Shown here piece after piece: positions 37,901 to 47,900 of a DNA stretch of 54,298 bases. The stretch spans positions 1-54,298 of IMG/VR virus record IMGVR_UViG_3300020465_000027; one strand, 5' to 3'. The notes under the pieces are model-generated. The model did no database searches. It was not told the origin of the DNA and saw nothing but the letters and a program-made list of their open reading frames with translations. A program made the position numbers and the translations under genes. The DNA is from a virus (Duplodnaviria; Caudoviricetes). Numbering within the stretch: the first letter of the stretch is position 1; each line of letters opens with the position of its first letter.

Positions 37901-40194
37901 CCATCAATTCTTAATTTTGTTCCTACATTATAATTTGATCCTCTAGAAGTAACAACAAAATGAGATATTGTATTGTCTTTACGAATCCTTAAAGTATTGT
38001 TGCCTTCATCTCTAATTGGTTCACCAGATTGGAAAGTTCCAAACAGTGTTTTAACCATTAATGTTTTATTTGAAGTAAATGATTTATCCGTTGCACCTTC
38101 TATAACACCATAAGCACCACTTTGAAGACCAAAAACATATTGTCCATTACCAAAACTACCTGTAACAGAAATTGGTTCATCTAGAGTTAACTTAGTAAAG
38201 AATTGAGGATCAAAATAAGATAACCCAAATGTGGTATTGTATACAGCACTACCATTAGATTGTCTTCCTTTAGAAACTACAACATCTATATCTGGATTAA
38301 ATCCAGAACCTTTTTCTATAAGAGTAACATTACTTGGTTTTGTTAATCCTATGACAGGTGTAATAGTTTCATTATAATCAACGATAGTAGCAAATTCTGT
38401 AGCAGATCCATTTTTTGCATCATTTTCTGTCAAGAATAATTTTCTATTTTTATCTGAATCTCCACTGTCAAACTCAAGTAAAAATTCATCTAGATGACTT
38501 TTTTTACCACTAACAGTAACTTCAAAAAATGTGTTAGATGTATTAGAATCAACTTCTATTCTACTTACAATAGAAAGTGCAACTCCAGATACGTTGCCAA
38601 CCACTGATGGAGAACCAGTATTAGTTCTACTAATAACAAACCAAAGATTTGATATTGCTGCTAACTTTGAGTCATTATCAGTTGTAGCAGAACCGCCAAT
38701 ATTATCAATGTTTACACCACTATCAATCTTTAGATAAATTGTTTTAAGACCTGTATCAATGTCAAAAAAGTTACCACGACGATCTGTAGTTTGTTTTAAA
38801 TCAGTTACAGTTTCAGTATTGTTTAATCCAATAGAACCATCGTTAAAATTAGCACATAAGAATATATTAGGATAAGAAGTTAAATCAGATCCTTCTGCGT
38901 TTAATGGAACTGTACCAAAAGTATTGTTAACTTTGTAAGTGGGCAATCCACTAGATTTTAAACGAATGTCAGATCTATTAAGAGTTTCTCTTGCTTTATT
39001 AACAGTTAAGTATTTTGTTTCTTTATTAACAATTTCAAAACCTTTAACATATGCCTTACCAGGACCTATGCTTGCTAGTAATTTTTCTGCTGCTACTGTA
39101 GTTGTAAATCCATTAACTAATCCAGTAACTGAATCAGGAGAATATACACCTAAGTTGCCATCTGTCTGTAAATATTCTCTAATATCAATAGAAAAATCAT
39201 CTACAACATAATCTCCAGACTCATCAAATGTTCTTCTTGCAAGAGTATTTTCTAAAAGATTATAATCAGTTGGTATTATTTGACTTTGTACAGCACCAGA
39301 TTTAATGGTTAACAGTTGTATAAAGTTTTTATCTGTAGGTGCATTAAATTCAAACTGTGTTAATGTTAAATCTATTTTTAATCTATCTGCACCTGGTGCA
39401 CTAAAATTGCTTGACCCAATAGCGTTATCATATAAAGTCTCATCAGTCTCAGCTGAGATTATACTTTCTGTAATTTTAAATCCAACCTTTGTAGATGGTT
39501 TATCATAATACTTGTCAATTACTAACAATTGAGAAGAGTTTCTTACAAAATATCCATTTACAAAATAAATTCCCTCTTCTACTTTTACAGCAGAAGCAAA
39601 TCCCATCGCATTACTTATGAGCGATGACGATGCACCTGTGTCAGGATCAGTAATAGAAATACTAGTAGGAAGTACGCTTCCATCGGTTCCAACCACTAAT
39701 AGTGGTGTATTTACTCCGTCTATAACTTCTAAAGTCTCACCTTGACGGAATGTTTCCTCATCGCCTGCATTACCACTATTAATATAATTAACATATACAA
39801 CATCAGAAGTAGTTTCTGTTGCAACAATTGCTTCAACTACACTAGCAGTAACGCCAGATGATAATCCTCTTAATTGTTGTCCTTTCAGTAAACTAATATC
39901 ATACTTTTTAAATACAATATTACCATCTATATTGGTTGGAATTTCCGATACAGATGATAATTTGACAAAATTTAATTTAGTGTTAAGAGCAACTTCGCCA
40001 GGTATGACAAGTTCACCCTGTTTAAAAGCATATTTACCAAAACTTTCAATTTGATTTTGGAGACTTGACTGTAACTGGGTTAACTCTCTCGCTTGGATTG
40101 AGTAGCCAGGACGAAAAAGAACCTTGTAAAAGTTTTTATCCTGGTCAAAATCATCGTAGTATGGAGCTACGTTTAGGTTCGTCTTCTGAGGCAT
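31990..40194 (-). CDS. VrlC/DUF4815-like large virion structural protein
   Basis: MPQKTNLNVAPYYDDFD..KNFYKVLFRPG..IQARELTQLQ, APGADRLKI, RRTFDESGDY, RYTMRDIGKLEKRIERLEYYT, PLAQTF; position after gp8. Confidence 0.85.
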   Translation of the reverse strand: MPQKTNLNVAPYYDDFDQDKNFYKVLFRPGYSIQARELTQLQSSLQNQIESFGKYAFKQGELVIPGEVALNTKLNFVKLSSVSEIPTNIDGNIVFKKYDISLLKGQQLRGLSSGVTASVVEAIVATETTSDVVYVNYINSGNAGDEETFRQGETLEVIDGVNTPLLVVGTDGSVLPTSISITDPDTGASSSLISNAMGFASAVKVEEGIYFVNGYFVRNSSQLLVIDKYYDKPSTKVGFKITESIISAETDETLYDNAIGSSNFSAPGADRLKIDLTLTQFEFNAPTDKNFIQLLTIKSGAVQSQIIPTDYNLLENTLARRTFDESGDYVVDDFSIDIREYLQTDGNLGVYSPDSVTGLVNGFTTTVAAEKLLASIGPGKAYVKGFEIVNKETKYLTVNKARETLNRSDIRLKSSGLPTYKVNNTFGTVPLNAEGSDLTSYPNIFLCANFNDGSIGLNNTETVTDLKQTTDRRGNFFDIDTGLKTIYLKIDSGVNIDNIGGSATTDNDSKLAAISNLWFVISRTNTGSPSVVGNVSGVALSIVSRIEVDSNTSNTFFEVTVSGKKSHLDEFLLEFDSGDSDKNRKLFLTENDAKNGSATEFATIVDYNETITPVIGLTKPSNVTLIEKGSGFNPDIDVVVSKGRQSNGSAVYNTTFGLSYFDPQFFTKLTLDEPISVTGSFGNGQYVFGLQSGAYGVIEGATDKSFTSNKTLMVKTLFGTFQSGEPIRDEGNNTLRIRKDNTISHFVVTSRGSNYNVGTKLRIDGVDFDISKINLTLSGNSVISAEIVNRDLVNVEYSRPPIVTVVNPSGGAGTGAVVTPVLARDSVVTYTPQNVKSFFCEFGSGNANKYTADIEINREKYAEVTSVTDFTFSGKLGEKFIECNGFGGDTSRFLQQGDLIQFTDVTDTTIRAIVQQATQPSGVLKSRIYLDRSLSANVTNGSVVRVRPAISNFNSGALIYKTGTNQVSSLVSSADDSKIEYFLRRDFVSTGSGLTNGGFAFAAQLDFGTQRFVSFSESNFLITVLNPGVTSGTSLISEGDVLFITSDQVTITSSIDASSGLTSGSVTLNLPDNYFGSASSTYSAFPKLKLTATLEVTKAKPRLKTSIENKRIVIDSVGDRVLPLRGTDYDTTSTTVSTYADVYNLRYVYMGSSSDAPTVDKNGTLVSGTDITNRFTFDNGQRDTLYDVSRIVLKPGADVPTGKIVVAFDYFEHTAGDFCVVDSYLHEAGVTADKIPTYNSPALGNVNLSDVLDFRPKVDSAAIISGFQNSATTNATLLGAANTRSFTGSGGIVSSTPAPDNGLEYTFSFTQKQYLDRIDGVFLNNKGDFIIKEGNSSLNPSKPDPVGDAIALAYLYIPAFTQSNKDVRISPVDNKRYTMRDIGKLEKRIERLEYYTTLSILEQQALNMEIIDSSGNNRFKSGFIVDNFETHRIGSLRSVDYKCAIDTQQSVMRAQSKEESLNLKEVYTRDDQRTTAGYKRIGDRVTLPYTELKLLGNDFATKTINPNPFVVLQYVGDSFIGPSVDSWYDNSTAPLVNDNNTNLYSIFLAKDSIRDSLSSLYNSYKVNWIGANRAFFNIGSFAETNNNLSSSTVANASVGSSSNISPQNNEIGKGINTKGVGSNVVATSLSFFARSIPVKYVINRLKPNTTVFAFMEGQNIARWVNPDARFTGIAGNSLSAFNGSITTDENGNASGIILIPSGKAPRENTIWTGNVDTVLYDDASSEVRFTTGIKTIRFTSSSTDADKNAVETYAEVKFYATGAIPDNPSSIISTSPAFFKANEGTQLTASNTANPIRPNPLAQTFKVENFDGGVFTTGVDLYFSAKSDKIPIRVYLTDVQNGKPGKNIVPGTQKVISPDTFLRVIASSTLEVTKGEKVTGSISNASGPISRVFDKNKIEVTPSSAGVFTLTNDQVYTLVLDNHTGVSFQQDEILNVPSLILANNTSNTTNTFKIVKDSGRVTGLSVTNTGSSYESAIVTIESPQLPGGGTATATVRVGDGKVYNSEVVLSGSEYTEPPAVIIAGTGTGNAGAVISSSITIDSPAVRMGIAIDDASTNTVNSTTATNFAFDYPVYLENDTEYALVLETDSVDYLVWASKLGEVEIATSTTVTTQPLLGSLYKSQNTNDWTEDLFEDLKFNINRAKFDISRTASLLLTNEELGYEKLDVDPIETNAEANTGATSSLFKNNNFKVKVNHFDNGFEDSGKSYVFFKSATNVGGVTATKLNSELYQVSNSGIDSYVITTSNRASSNAFGGGTNVLASYNRKFEKVHAIIPNLSFSQTKIDSTVKTTNIKPVDDNVGTFESYTQSDYEKTFLNEDFFFINQKVIASTINESINNISRSITYKLDLSSTVDSLSPLVDLSRASLKTISNRVEYVAGKEDRFGRRDQILEFYPVYQFSVTNTHSGVNFTAPGTNVQGLDTVTGVTSNASGKLVKVDGANLTVVVKTTNTFLAGETLKFTTQTALNDNGTNKVTVNNASITQIVPQFPNTTAVSKIIARSPDGFANTYNNIIDGSIVLWDSKAGQLTITNDKQPVNDDYTSKATGIANDPFARNSIVDSQATDIFRVDDYISYTGQTTGEEGFIQVSKVTYTDGVDFISDIESKNSSNVAKYVTKEVAIENPATGINVKITANTSDINNIGLLYRIKKSSSQENFEDIEWVYFNDIGIPDNDAIATSENAISGITEKQSSYQELSYSVEDLPEFSSFAVKLIMKSRNPAYVPKIQDLRAVASY

Positions 40195-40219
40195 CTCACT
40201 TTATCTCTTTTTGGATTTA

Positions 40220-41926
40220 TTAAAATTCAATTACGAGCTTAATGTCCTCTATTTGGTCAGCAGCTCTAGTAATTTGTCTTCTGTTCTCTATGTATACAAT
40301 ATCTCCAGAGTTAGGTGCGATTTCAGGATTTGATTTTCCGTCTGTGAAAGAGATGTCAGCAAGTGCTGTATCTTGGTTTCCATCAATAGGACGTGCGGTT
40401 GATGATGTAGCACCTGTCACATTATTTGTAGCATGATCAAATGCTAGAACTTTACCATTATGTGTATGGAGGTCAGGGGATTGGAAATATTTTAAAATAC
40501 CATTGGTTGAATCCCATGAAACAACTCTACCCTTAGCAGTACCACCACTAACAGTTTGTGTAATTTCTTCATCAATGGTATAGTCACCACTACCTGTTAA
40601 CTTAAGTGCAGCAGTACCACGAAGAGTACTTGCACTAGCAACAGTAGTAGTACCAAAATTAAATGGATCTTGAATAATTCCGATTCTACGGAAGTCATTA
40701 TCAACTGGGAAGTCTCCAGATCCTTCTGCATAAGTTAGACGGATATTCGTCATAACTCTCTTAGCAAAAAACTCAGCAGCAAGATCAGAACCATGTCCAC
40801 CTTCAGGTGACATGATTACTTCAACAGCACCAGTAGCACTAGCATTAATGTTAGCAGCATTGGATAATGCAGTATCTGTATAGATGTTACCATTAACTAA
40901 ACGCACATTACCATATGTGTATCCACTACCAACATCTTGCATTTCTACAGTAGAAATTGTTCCAGAACCACTTGTAGTAATCTTAACGATTGCACCAGAT
41001 CCATCACCATCAACAGGAACATAAACTGTTCCATTTGTAGGCATGTTACCACCACCATCTTTGACTAATGCAATATGAACTGCACCATCAACAACAGCAG
41101 TACCTGCATATGTTGATATTGGAAGAAAGTCACTTGATAAAAACGCTATGACATCAGAAGTAGAAAGAGTGTACATATACTTCCAAATATATCCTGTAGC
41201 ACTCTCAACAAAAAGACCATTTGCATATGTACCTTGACCAGCAGTAGGAGTAGTTTTTGGTTCATATACAGCGTTAATACCTGTTGGGTTAGCAGGTGTT
41301 TGACCATTATATAAACACTTAAACACCTCATAATTGGCGTTCATAACATAATACTTAGATCCAGATAATGCGGAACTACCCAATGCAGTCTGCACACCAA
41401 TTGCTCCACCTCCACCAGGTGTAGGAGAGTAATTAGGACGATACATGTCAAACTTAGGATTTGTTGATAAACTCCAGTTATAACGAGGAGCAACAAGACG
41501 AGCAAATGTTGATGTGATACGTTTGGCAGCAATCAAATCATCATATACAGCAGCTTTTTCATTTTGATTGTCTATTGGAGCAGGAGGAGCATCTTCAGTA
41601 GCAAATCTATATGTTGATGCCTTAGCAGTAGCAGTTGAAGTTCCACCTGTGATTGTGGATCCTGTTGCTGGTGCTGCTGTGGTATTAGTAGTAGCAATGA
41701 GAAGACTGTTAGCATGAACTTCTTGTACTGTTCCGCTTAAACCTCCACCTGTAACTGTTTCTCCTACTTGAAATGTTCCACTTACATTGTAAATTTCTAA
41801 GTAAGCGTACCATTTTTGAGGACGACCAACGAAAAAATACATGTTGGTTGCTGACGCTTCACTAAGCGACTCTAAGAATTGCTTCGCATTGAAGATTCTA
41901 AACTTTTCTGAAATAATAGCTGCCAT
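40220..41926 (-). CDS. gp8: Baseplate wedge subunit gp8
   Basis: MAAIISEKFRIFNAKQF, YEVFKCLYN, GYIWKYMYT, NDFRRIGII.DP, SGDIVYIENR..ITRA.DQ.EDIKLVIEF; follows gp7. Confidence 0.85.
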   Translation of the reverse strand: MAAIISEKFRIFNAKQFLESLSEASATNMYFFVGRPQKWYAYLEIYNVSGTFQVGETVTGGGLSGTVQEVHANSLLIATTNTTAAPATGSTITGGTSTATAKASTYRFATEDAPPAPIDNQNEKAAVYDDLIAAKRITSTFARLVAPRYNWSLSTNPKFDMYRPNYSPTPGGGGAIGVQTALGSSALSGSKYYVMNANYEVFKCLYNGQTPANPTGINAVYEPKTTPTAGQGTYANGLFVESATGYIWKYMYTLSTSDVIAFLSSDFLPISTYAGTAVVDGAVHIALVKDGGGNMPTNGTVYVPVDGDGSGAIVKITTSGSGTISTVEMQDVGSGYTYGNVRLVNGNIYTDTALSNAANINASATGAVEVIMSPEGGHGSDLAAEFFAKRVMTNIRLTYAEGSGDFPVDNDFRRIGIIQDPFNFGTTTVASASTLRGTAALKLTGSGDYTIDEEITQTVSGGTAKGRVVSWDSTNGILKYFQSPDLHTHNGKVLAFDHATNNVTGATSSTARPIDGNQDTALADISFTDGKSNPEIAPNSGDIVYIENRRQITRAADQIEDIKLVIEF

Positions 41927-41963
41927 TGTCTAAGCTCGTGATTTTATAAGACTGAATCTGGTT

Positions 41964-41980
41964 TATTTATACGTATTTAT
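41964..41980 (-). promoter_or_regulatory. Tandem late promoters (ATAAATA and TATAAATA) upstream of gp8
   Basis: Minus-strand ATAAATA at 41974-41980 and TATAAATA at 41964-41971. Confidence 0.7.
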
Positions 41981-44900
41981 TACGCACTTCTAAAGAAAGG
42001 TTCACTAGTATCATGAGATTGTGCGGTAGTGCCATTAACACCTCTTACACATCCTGTAAAACGATCACTCTGTTTACCAGTATAGGTGATCTGTTCCTTT
42101 CCTAACTGTAAAGTTCCCGTTGCGGAAAAATTAGTAGTATTTTCTACATAAACAATAGTATCAGTACTGTTTAAGTTTTGATTTATCCTTCCCAAATAAT
42201 GATTTATACTTGGATACCCAACATTGAATGCATATCCAGCATCAGATATACCTGATCCAGGATAACTAGAGAAGTCCTCAAGATCAAATCCCCAACGTGC
42301 AAACTCCTCAATTGTATATGCGGAAACAGATACACCATTATGTAGCACGTTTCCTGTATCCATAAATTTAGCATTCTCCCACATCTGGAATGATGGTCGT
42401 AAAGTTGTATTAGCAAAACCGCTAGGTGGAGTAGACCAGAAACGATAATCTGTAAATCCAAATTGATATACAGTTACCTTCCATATTTGATTTGAAAGAA
42501 CTGGTTGAGACTCAATACTTCTATCAAGTTCAAGACGTACCTTTATATTAGAATCTGATGTTTTAACATCAGCAGTTCCTGTGCTTGGTGGACGAATGTA
42601 AAGTAATTCTTGCCTAACAATAAATGTTGATGCTTGATCAAGTGCAATAGAAGGAAGTTCAACTGTTATTACCGTACCACCAAAAGCAGCAGGAGATATC
42701 ATTGTACCTACAATAGCAGCATCTGGATTTGTTGTTCCACTACCAGACTTAGTAAACACAACAGAACTTTCTGCATTAACAGGACCTGGTTGAGCAATGC
42801 TAGAGAATTGATTATGTAAAATTAAATTTACAAACGAATCAATCTTTCTATTTTGCTTTTTAATAGAATATTGTTTTGCAACAACAACTCTTGGTACTTT
42901 TGTATATCCAGAACCACCATTTGTCAATACAATATCTACAATAGTGCCATCAACAACAATAACCTCTGCTCTAGCACCTCCACCTGCTTGATTTACAGGG
43001 ACAAAATGTAATATAGGTGCTTTACTATATCCAGACACAGGGATGTTTTTATCCCATGTTATAGTGTCAACCGAACCATTTGAAATAGTACAAGATACGG
43101 CAAACCCAATACCTTTTTCTTCACCATTGTAATTAGTAGTAGCAACCGAACCAAAGAAACTATTAGAGGGGTCATCACCTGGCAGATAGGTCTTAGGTTC
43201 AAAGTATTGAGGTAACTCATTAATTGTTCTATACTCATTTTCACCATTAATCTTAATAAGATCACCTTTGTTTAGATTAGCAAAACCATTTTTTCTAACG
43301 TAGAACGCTTCATCTGCTTTCTTAGTTCCATACAACCATCTAGATGCATTTCTTTGCATTCTGTATGTGTTATCAGAATTTGTAGTTACAGTTACGGTAC
43401 GTGATTGTGACAGAGATATCTCATCACTAAAATCATCCAAACCAGAAAAGAATATATCACTACCATCAACATCAGGATTGAAACCTGCAATTTGTATTAC
43501 TAAATCATTACCCTCAATATAGTAATGTTTTAAACTACCAATAAATTTTTTAATTCCCCCAACTTTCTGATACGCAACCATATCAGTTTGGTTAAATTTA
43601 CCCCACCAATTTTCAAATTCATCAAAATCTCCACTAACACCAGTAAATCTAACTATGATCTCATTGTAATACTCACTTCTTTCATAATCATACAGAGTTA
43701 TACTCTGTGAAATATCTCTACCATAAAGATATAGTATTTCTATATTACTATCTTGGAAAATTTTTCTTGAGAATGTGATAGTAGGTCCGTTAATGATATA
43801 TGAGTCTTGATCTCTCTGTAATACACCATCAATGAATACAAGAGCAAATTGAGGATCAGAAATATTGATAACCTTCTTATCATCACTATTAAGTATTAAG
43901 AATGCACCATTAGATCCTGTTGGAATATCATTCTTATCAATCTCACATCTAAGATAACTTCCTATACTATGTGCAAAGAATTTATCAACTGCAATTCCTT
44001 CTTGTAGTGTTTTTGTATTTACTCCTTGACTCCAAATAGGTGGACTAGAAAATACAACTTTATTAGGTACAGATGTTCTATCAATACTATATGCAGAATC
44101 GTGTTGTACAACACCACTAATTCCTATCAATAAATTTTCATTTGGATCTGTTGATAAACCTGTACCATCTTCATAATACAATTCAAATATTGTATTTTTA
44201 CCATCAATATAATCGGGATACGAAATTGGTATGGTTCCTACACCACCAGCAAGTGTTTTTTCTATTACCTCTCCAAGAGTTGATAATGCTGCTACAACAT
44301 CAGCACACTTATTAGGGTCAGGATCAACAATAATATTGGTATTAATGTATGGAGGAACAGTTGTATATGTTCCTGTAGGAAGAGTGTTATTGATTGCTAA
44401 TTTTGCAAGACCTACAAGGTACTCATATGCTTCTGTAGTCTCTTGTAACTCTCCTATGATATAATCTAATATATCGTTATTAAAATACTTCTCAATAGCA
44501 GTAACGGTGTAGGAGTTACCACCAAATCTTATATCGTTTGCTAATGCATCTGCTACAAGTCCAATATCTCTATAACATTTTGTCTCTACCTTACCCCATG
44601 TAACATTTGGAAATTTATTTTTTATATAACCAAGTGTTTCTGATTGTAGATATACTCTATTACGTTCAATTTGATTAGCAGCATCAATCCATCTACCACT
44701 TTTTTGGAATATATTTTTAATTTTTCTTAGATACTTAGCATTTAATGTATCATTTTTAAATTGATAGTTCTTTCCATAAAATCTTACACCAGGCACTGCC
44801 TGACTATTTTTATTTGTAGGACCTAGGGGTGGTTGTGCAAATGTTATGTTGCTACCAGAAACAGTATATGCAACGCCTGGTTCTTGGAATATACCATCAA

Positions 44901-47900
44901 GTGTAATTAACAATGCTTGCTCATTATATGGAGTTACCGCATTGTTATTCATATCAAGGATACCAAAAGTTTTAGTTCCTGCAAGATTACCATTATTAGA
45001 TAATGAACCATCAAAAGGAGCACTTAACTTAATTTGAGATGATTTAATTTCAGTTGTGTTAGTAGCATCTTTTGCAACAGAACCAACACCATCTTCAATA
45101 GTAGTAGTTTGTGCAGATATTAAATGTTGTGTAATTTGTTTGGTTGTGCTTTGTACAGTGATATTAGTTTTAAGTTCTACAAAACTATTGTGTGTAGTAA
45201 CAGTATCACTGCTCATGGGTGTTGTGGCAGCAGATTCCACATCAACCTCACCAAACATCTTGAAACCAGCAGGATGTGTAGTTTCCTTTATTAAAGATCT
45301 CCAAGAATCTATAGGAGTTTTTGACTGAATTAAATATGAAAAATCTTGATAAAAATATGAATCATGTATTTTTTGATTTTGATCACTTAGTTTTCCAACA
45401 TCAGAAGTGAATTTACCAATATTATCAAAGAAGGTTTTGATGATAGGAGTAAATTCTGTAAAACTAATGCTATCAACAGTTGCAGTTTTATTACCAGATA
45501 ATCCGATAATCTGTTGATTCTCTCTAAAAATGCCTGTGACATTTGATACACTAAGAATATTAGATCCTTTTCTCCATGATGTTACTTTTGCTTTAGCAAC
45601 CTCTGTTGTTCCAGATTTTTGTACTATTGTTTCACCAACATTATACCCATCACTAGTAAAATTAGATAAAGTTAAAATAAAATTAGATCTAATACTAGAT
45701 TTTATTGTTTGGTCACTATGATAAGATCCACCATTATTATGGATTTTTATATTTCTAGGTACACCAATATCTGTGCTATTTAAAAAGCAACTAACATTGG
45801 AATCAATATTTCCATCATTATCAACAATACCAGTTACGATAGGAATTTTTTTATAGTTATTACCTACATTAGTAATCTTAATAGAATTAATTTTACCAAC
45901 AGAAAATAAAGATTTAGATGTGTAAGACACAATTCCTGTCCCATCATGAGACGCTTGAGTCTCAGTAGAATAAAGAATTTGCGTACTTGTAACGTATAAT
46001 GAGTTTTTAATTCCTTGTAATGGATCAGTAACAACATTAAGATATGACATCTCAGAGTTAACTAAACCATCTCTATCATAGTAATAATATTTTGTATATA
46101 AACTTGGTTGTTTTTTACCATGAGTATTTGTAGATACTCTTGACCCAAAACCTAATTTAATATCAACAAATGAGTTATTTGCTGCTACTGTTTTTTCTGG
46201 TGTAACAAGATTAAAATTTCTACTTGGAGAAATATCAAAACCAACTCCATTCATTGATACGTGAGAAGTATCAAATTTATACTTGTAATAATTTTTGATG
46301 TCAATAATTTGATTTCTTATGAATGTAGTGTTATCTAATGAAAATTCAAAGTAAACATCTGGATTAGTAACCGATTTTATTTGTATAAGTTTTACATCTG
46401 CACTAGTATCATAAAAAACTGTTGATAAAGTTATCTTATTGATTGATGATACTGTTTGATCATAATCCCAAACGAATACTGCCTTTTGAGTAGATGGATC
46501 ATAAGAAAGAACCTTTGCATCCTTAATAGTATTACCTACAGGATGATTGACAGGAATGTTATATCCAAATTCAAACACAGAAATAGTAGCACCGTCAAAA
46601 TGGTCAACTGCTGTAGTTGCGTTCTGTGCTCTTGCAACAGTTAGAGCATTATTATTCTTAGCAGTAACTTTTACAATTTCACTACCAATTTTTAGAAAAT
46701 CATTAACTGTAATGTTATCAGAATTATCAACATTCAATACAATGTTCTCAGCTGCAAAACCTGCATGATCAACACGCACTTTAAGGTCTGGTTTGCTAGA
46801 ATTAGTAGCTTTACCTAAATCAGTTGCTCCAACTGTAAGAATATCAAATCTATTATATCCAGTTCCTTTATTTGTTAGTATAATACTATTGACAACACCA
46901 GTAGAAGAAACAACTATAGTTGCTTTTGCACCAGAACCTGCTCCACCAGACAATGCAATATCAAGATATGTGTTTTGTGTGTAATCACCACCACCATTTA
47001 ATATAGTAAATCTACCAATACTATTATCGTTAAGAGTCGTTGTTATAACTGAGGTTTGAAGGATTGCTTCCTGATACACTCTCTTCCTTACATAGTAAGT
47101 TGTTGTTGATACTGCATCATCTGGATTTACATCAACATTTATCTCCTCACCAACACCAACACCATGTGCAGAAGATGTGGTTAGTAGTGCCACATTATCT
47201 TGTATTTTGAAAACAGGAAGATTTTCACTTAATGATGTTATAGAGACAATTTTTGAACCTGTGGTATTGATTAAGTTAGAACTTGTTAAGAATAAAGTAG
47301 TAGAAACACTGAATGTTCCTGATAAAACTTTTATTTTGACAGTATTTTGATCTACAGTTGTTTCCAATACTTCACCTGTTGCAACCGCAGCTGCAATACC
47401 ATCACTAAACGATAAAGTAGCACCTTTAGTATATGATGATTGTTGATCTAAAATTAAATTAAGTACTTTAGTGTTAGAAGATAGTACATCTGTACTATTA
47501 AAAGTTCCTGTTACTGCACGTAAAGCAAATCTATTAGCAGTAAATACATTACCAACTACTTTACCTGTAGCACCTGTATTTGTTTGTGTGATAGTATCAC
47601 CATCAAAAAGATAACCATTATTAATAAGTTCAACATATAATACTTTAGTAGTTTGAGATTCAAGTGACGATACTGGTTTTCCTTTGACTGAATCAATTTC
47701 ACCAGCAACATTTGATCCTTCTGTACCACTGTTGTCAATTACTAATGAACCACCAACAGAAAAATTAGATCCGCTATTTACAATTGTAGCAGATGATACA
47801 ACTCCTCTTGTTACATCTTCAATTTTTGCTATTGCTTGTACACCATTTTTAGATATATCAGAGGTTCTTAACCTGTTAGCATTAACTGGTAAATCATCCT

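Noticed and set aside
40214-40220. ATAAATC upstream of the VrlC-like gene as a late promoter
   Set aside because: Mismatch at the conserved last A and overlaps the gp8 stop; too weak to call
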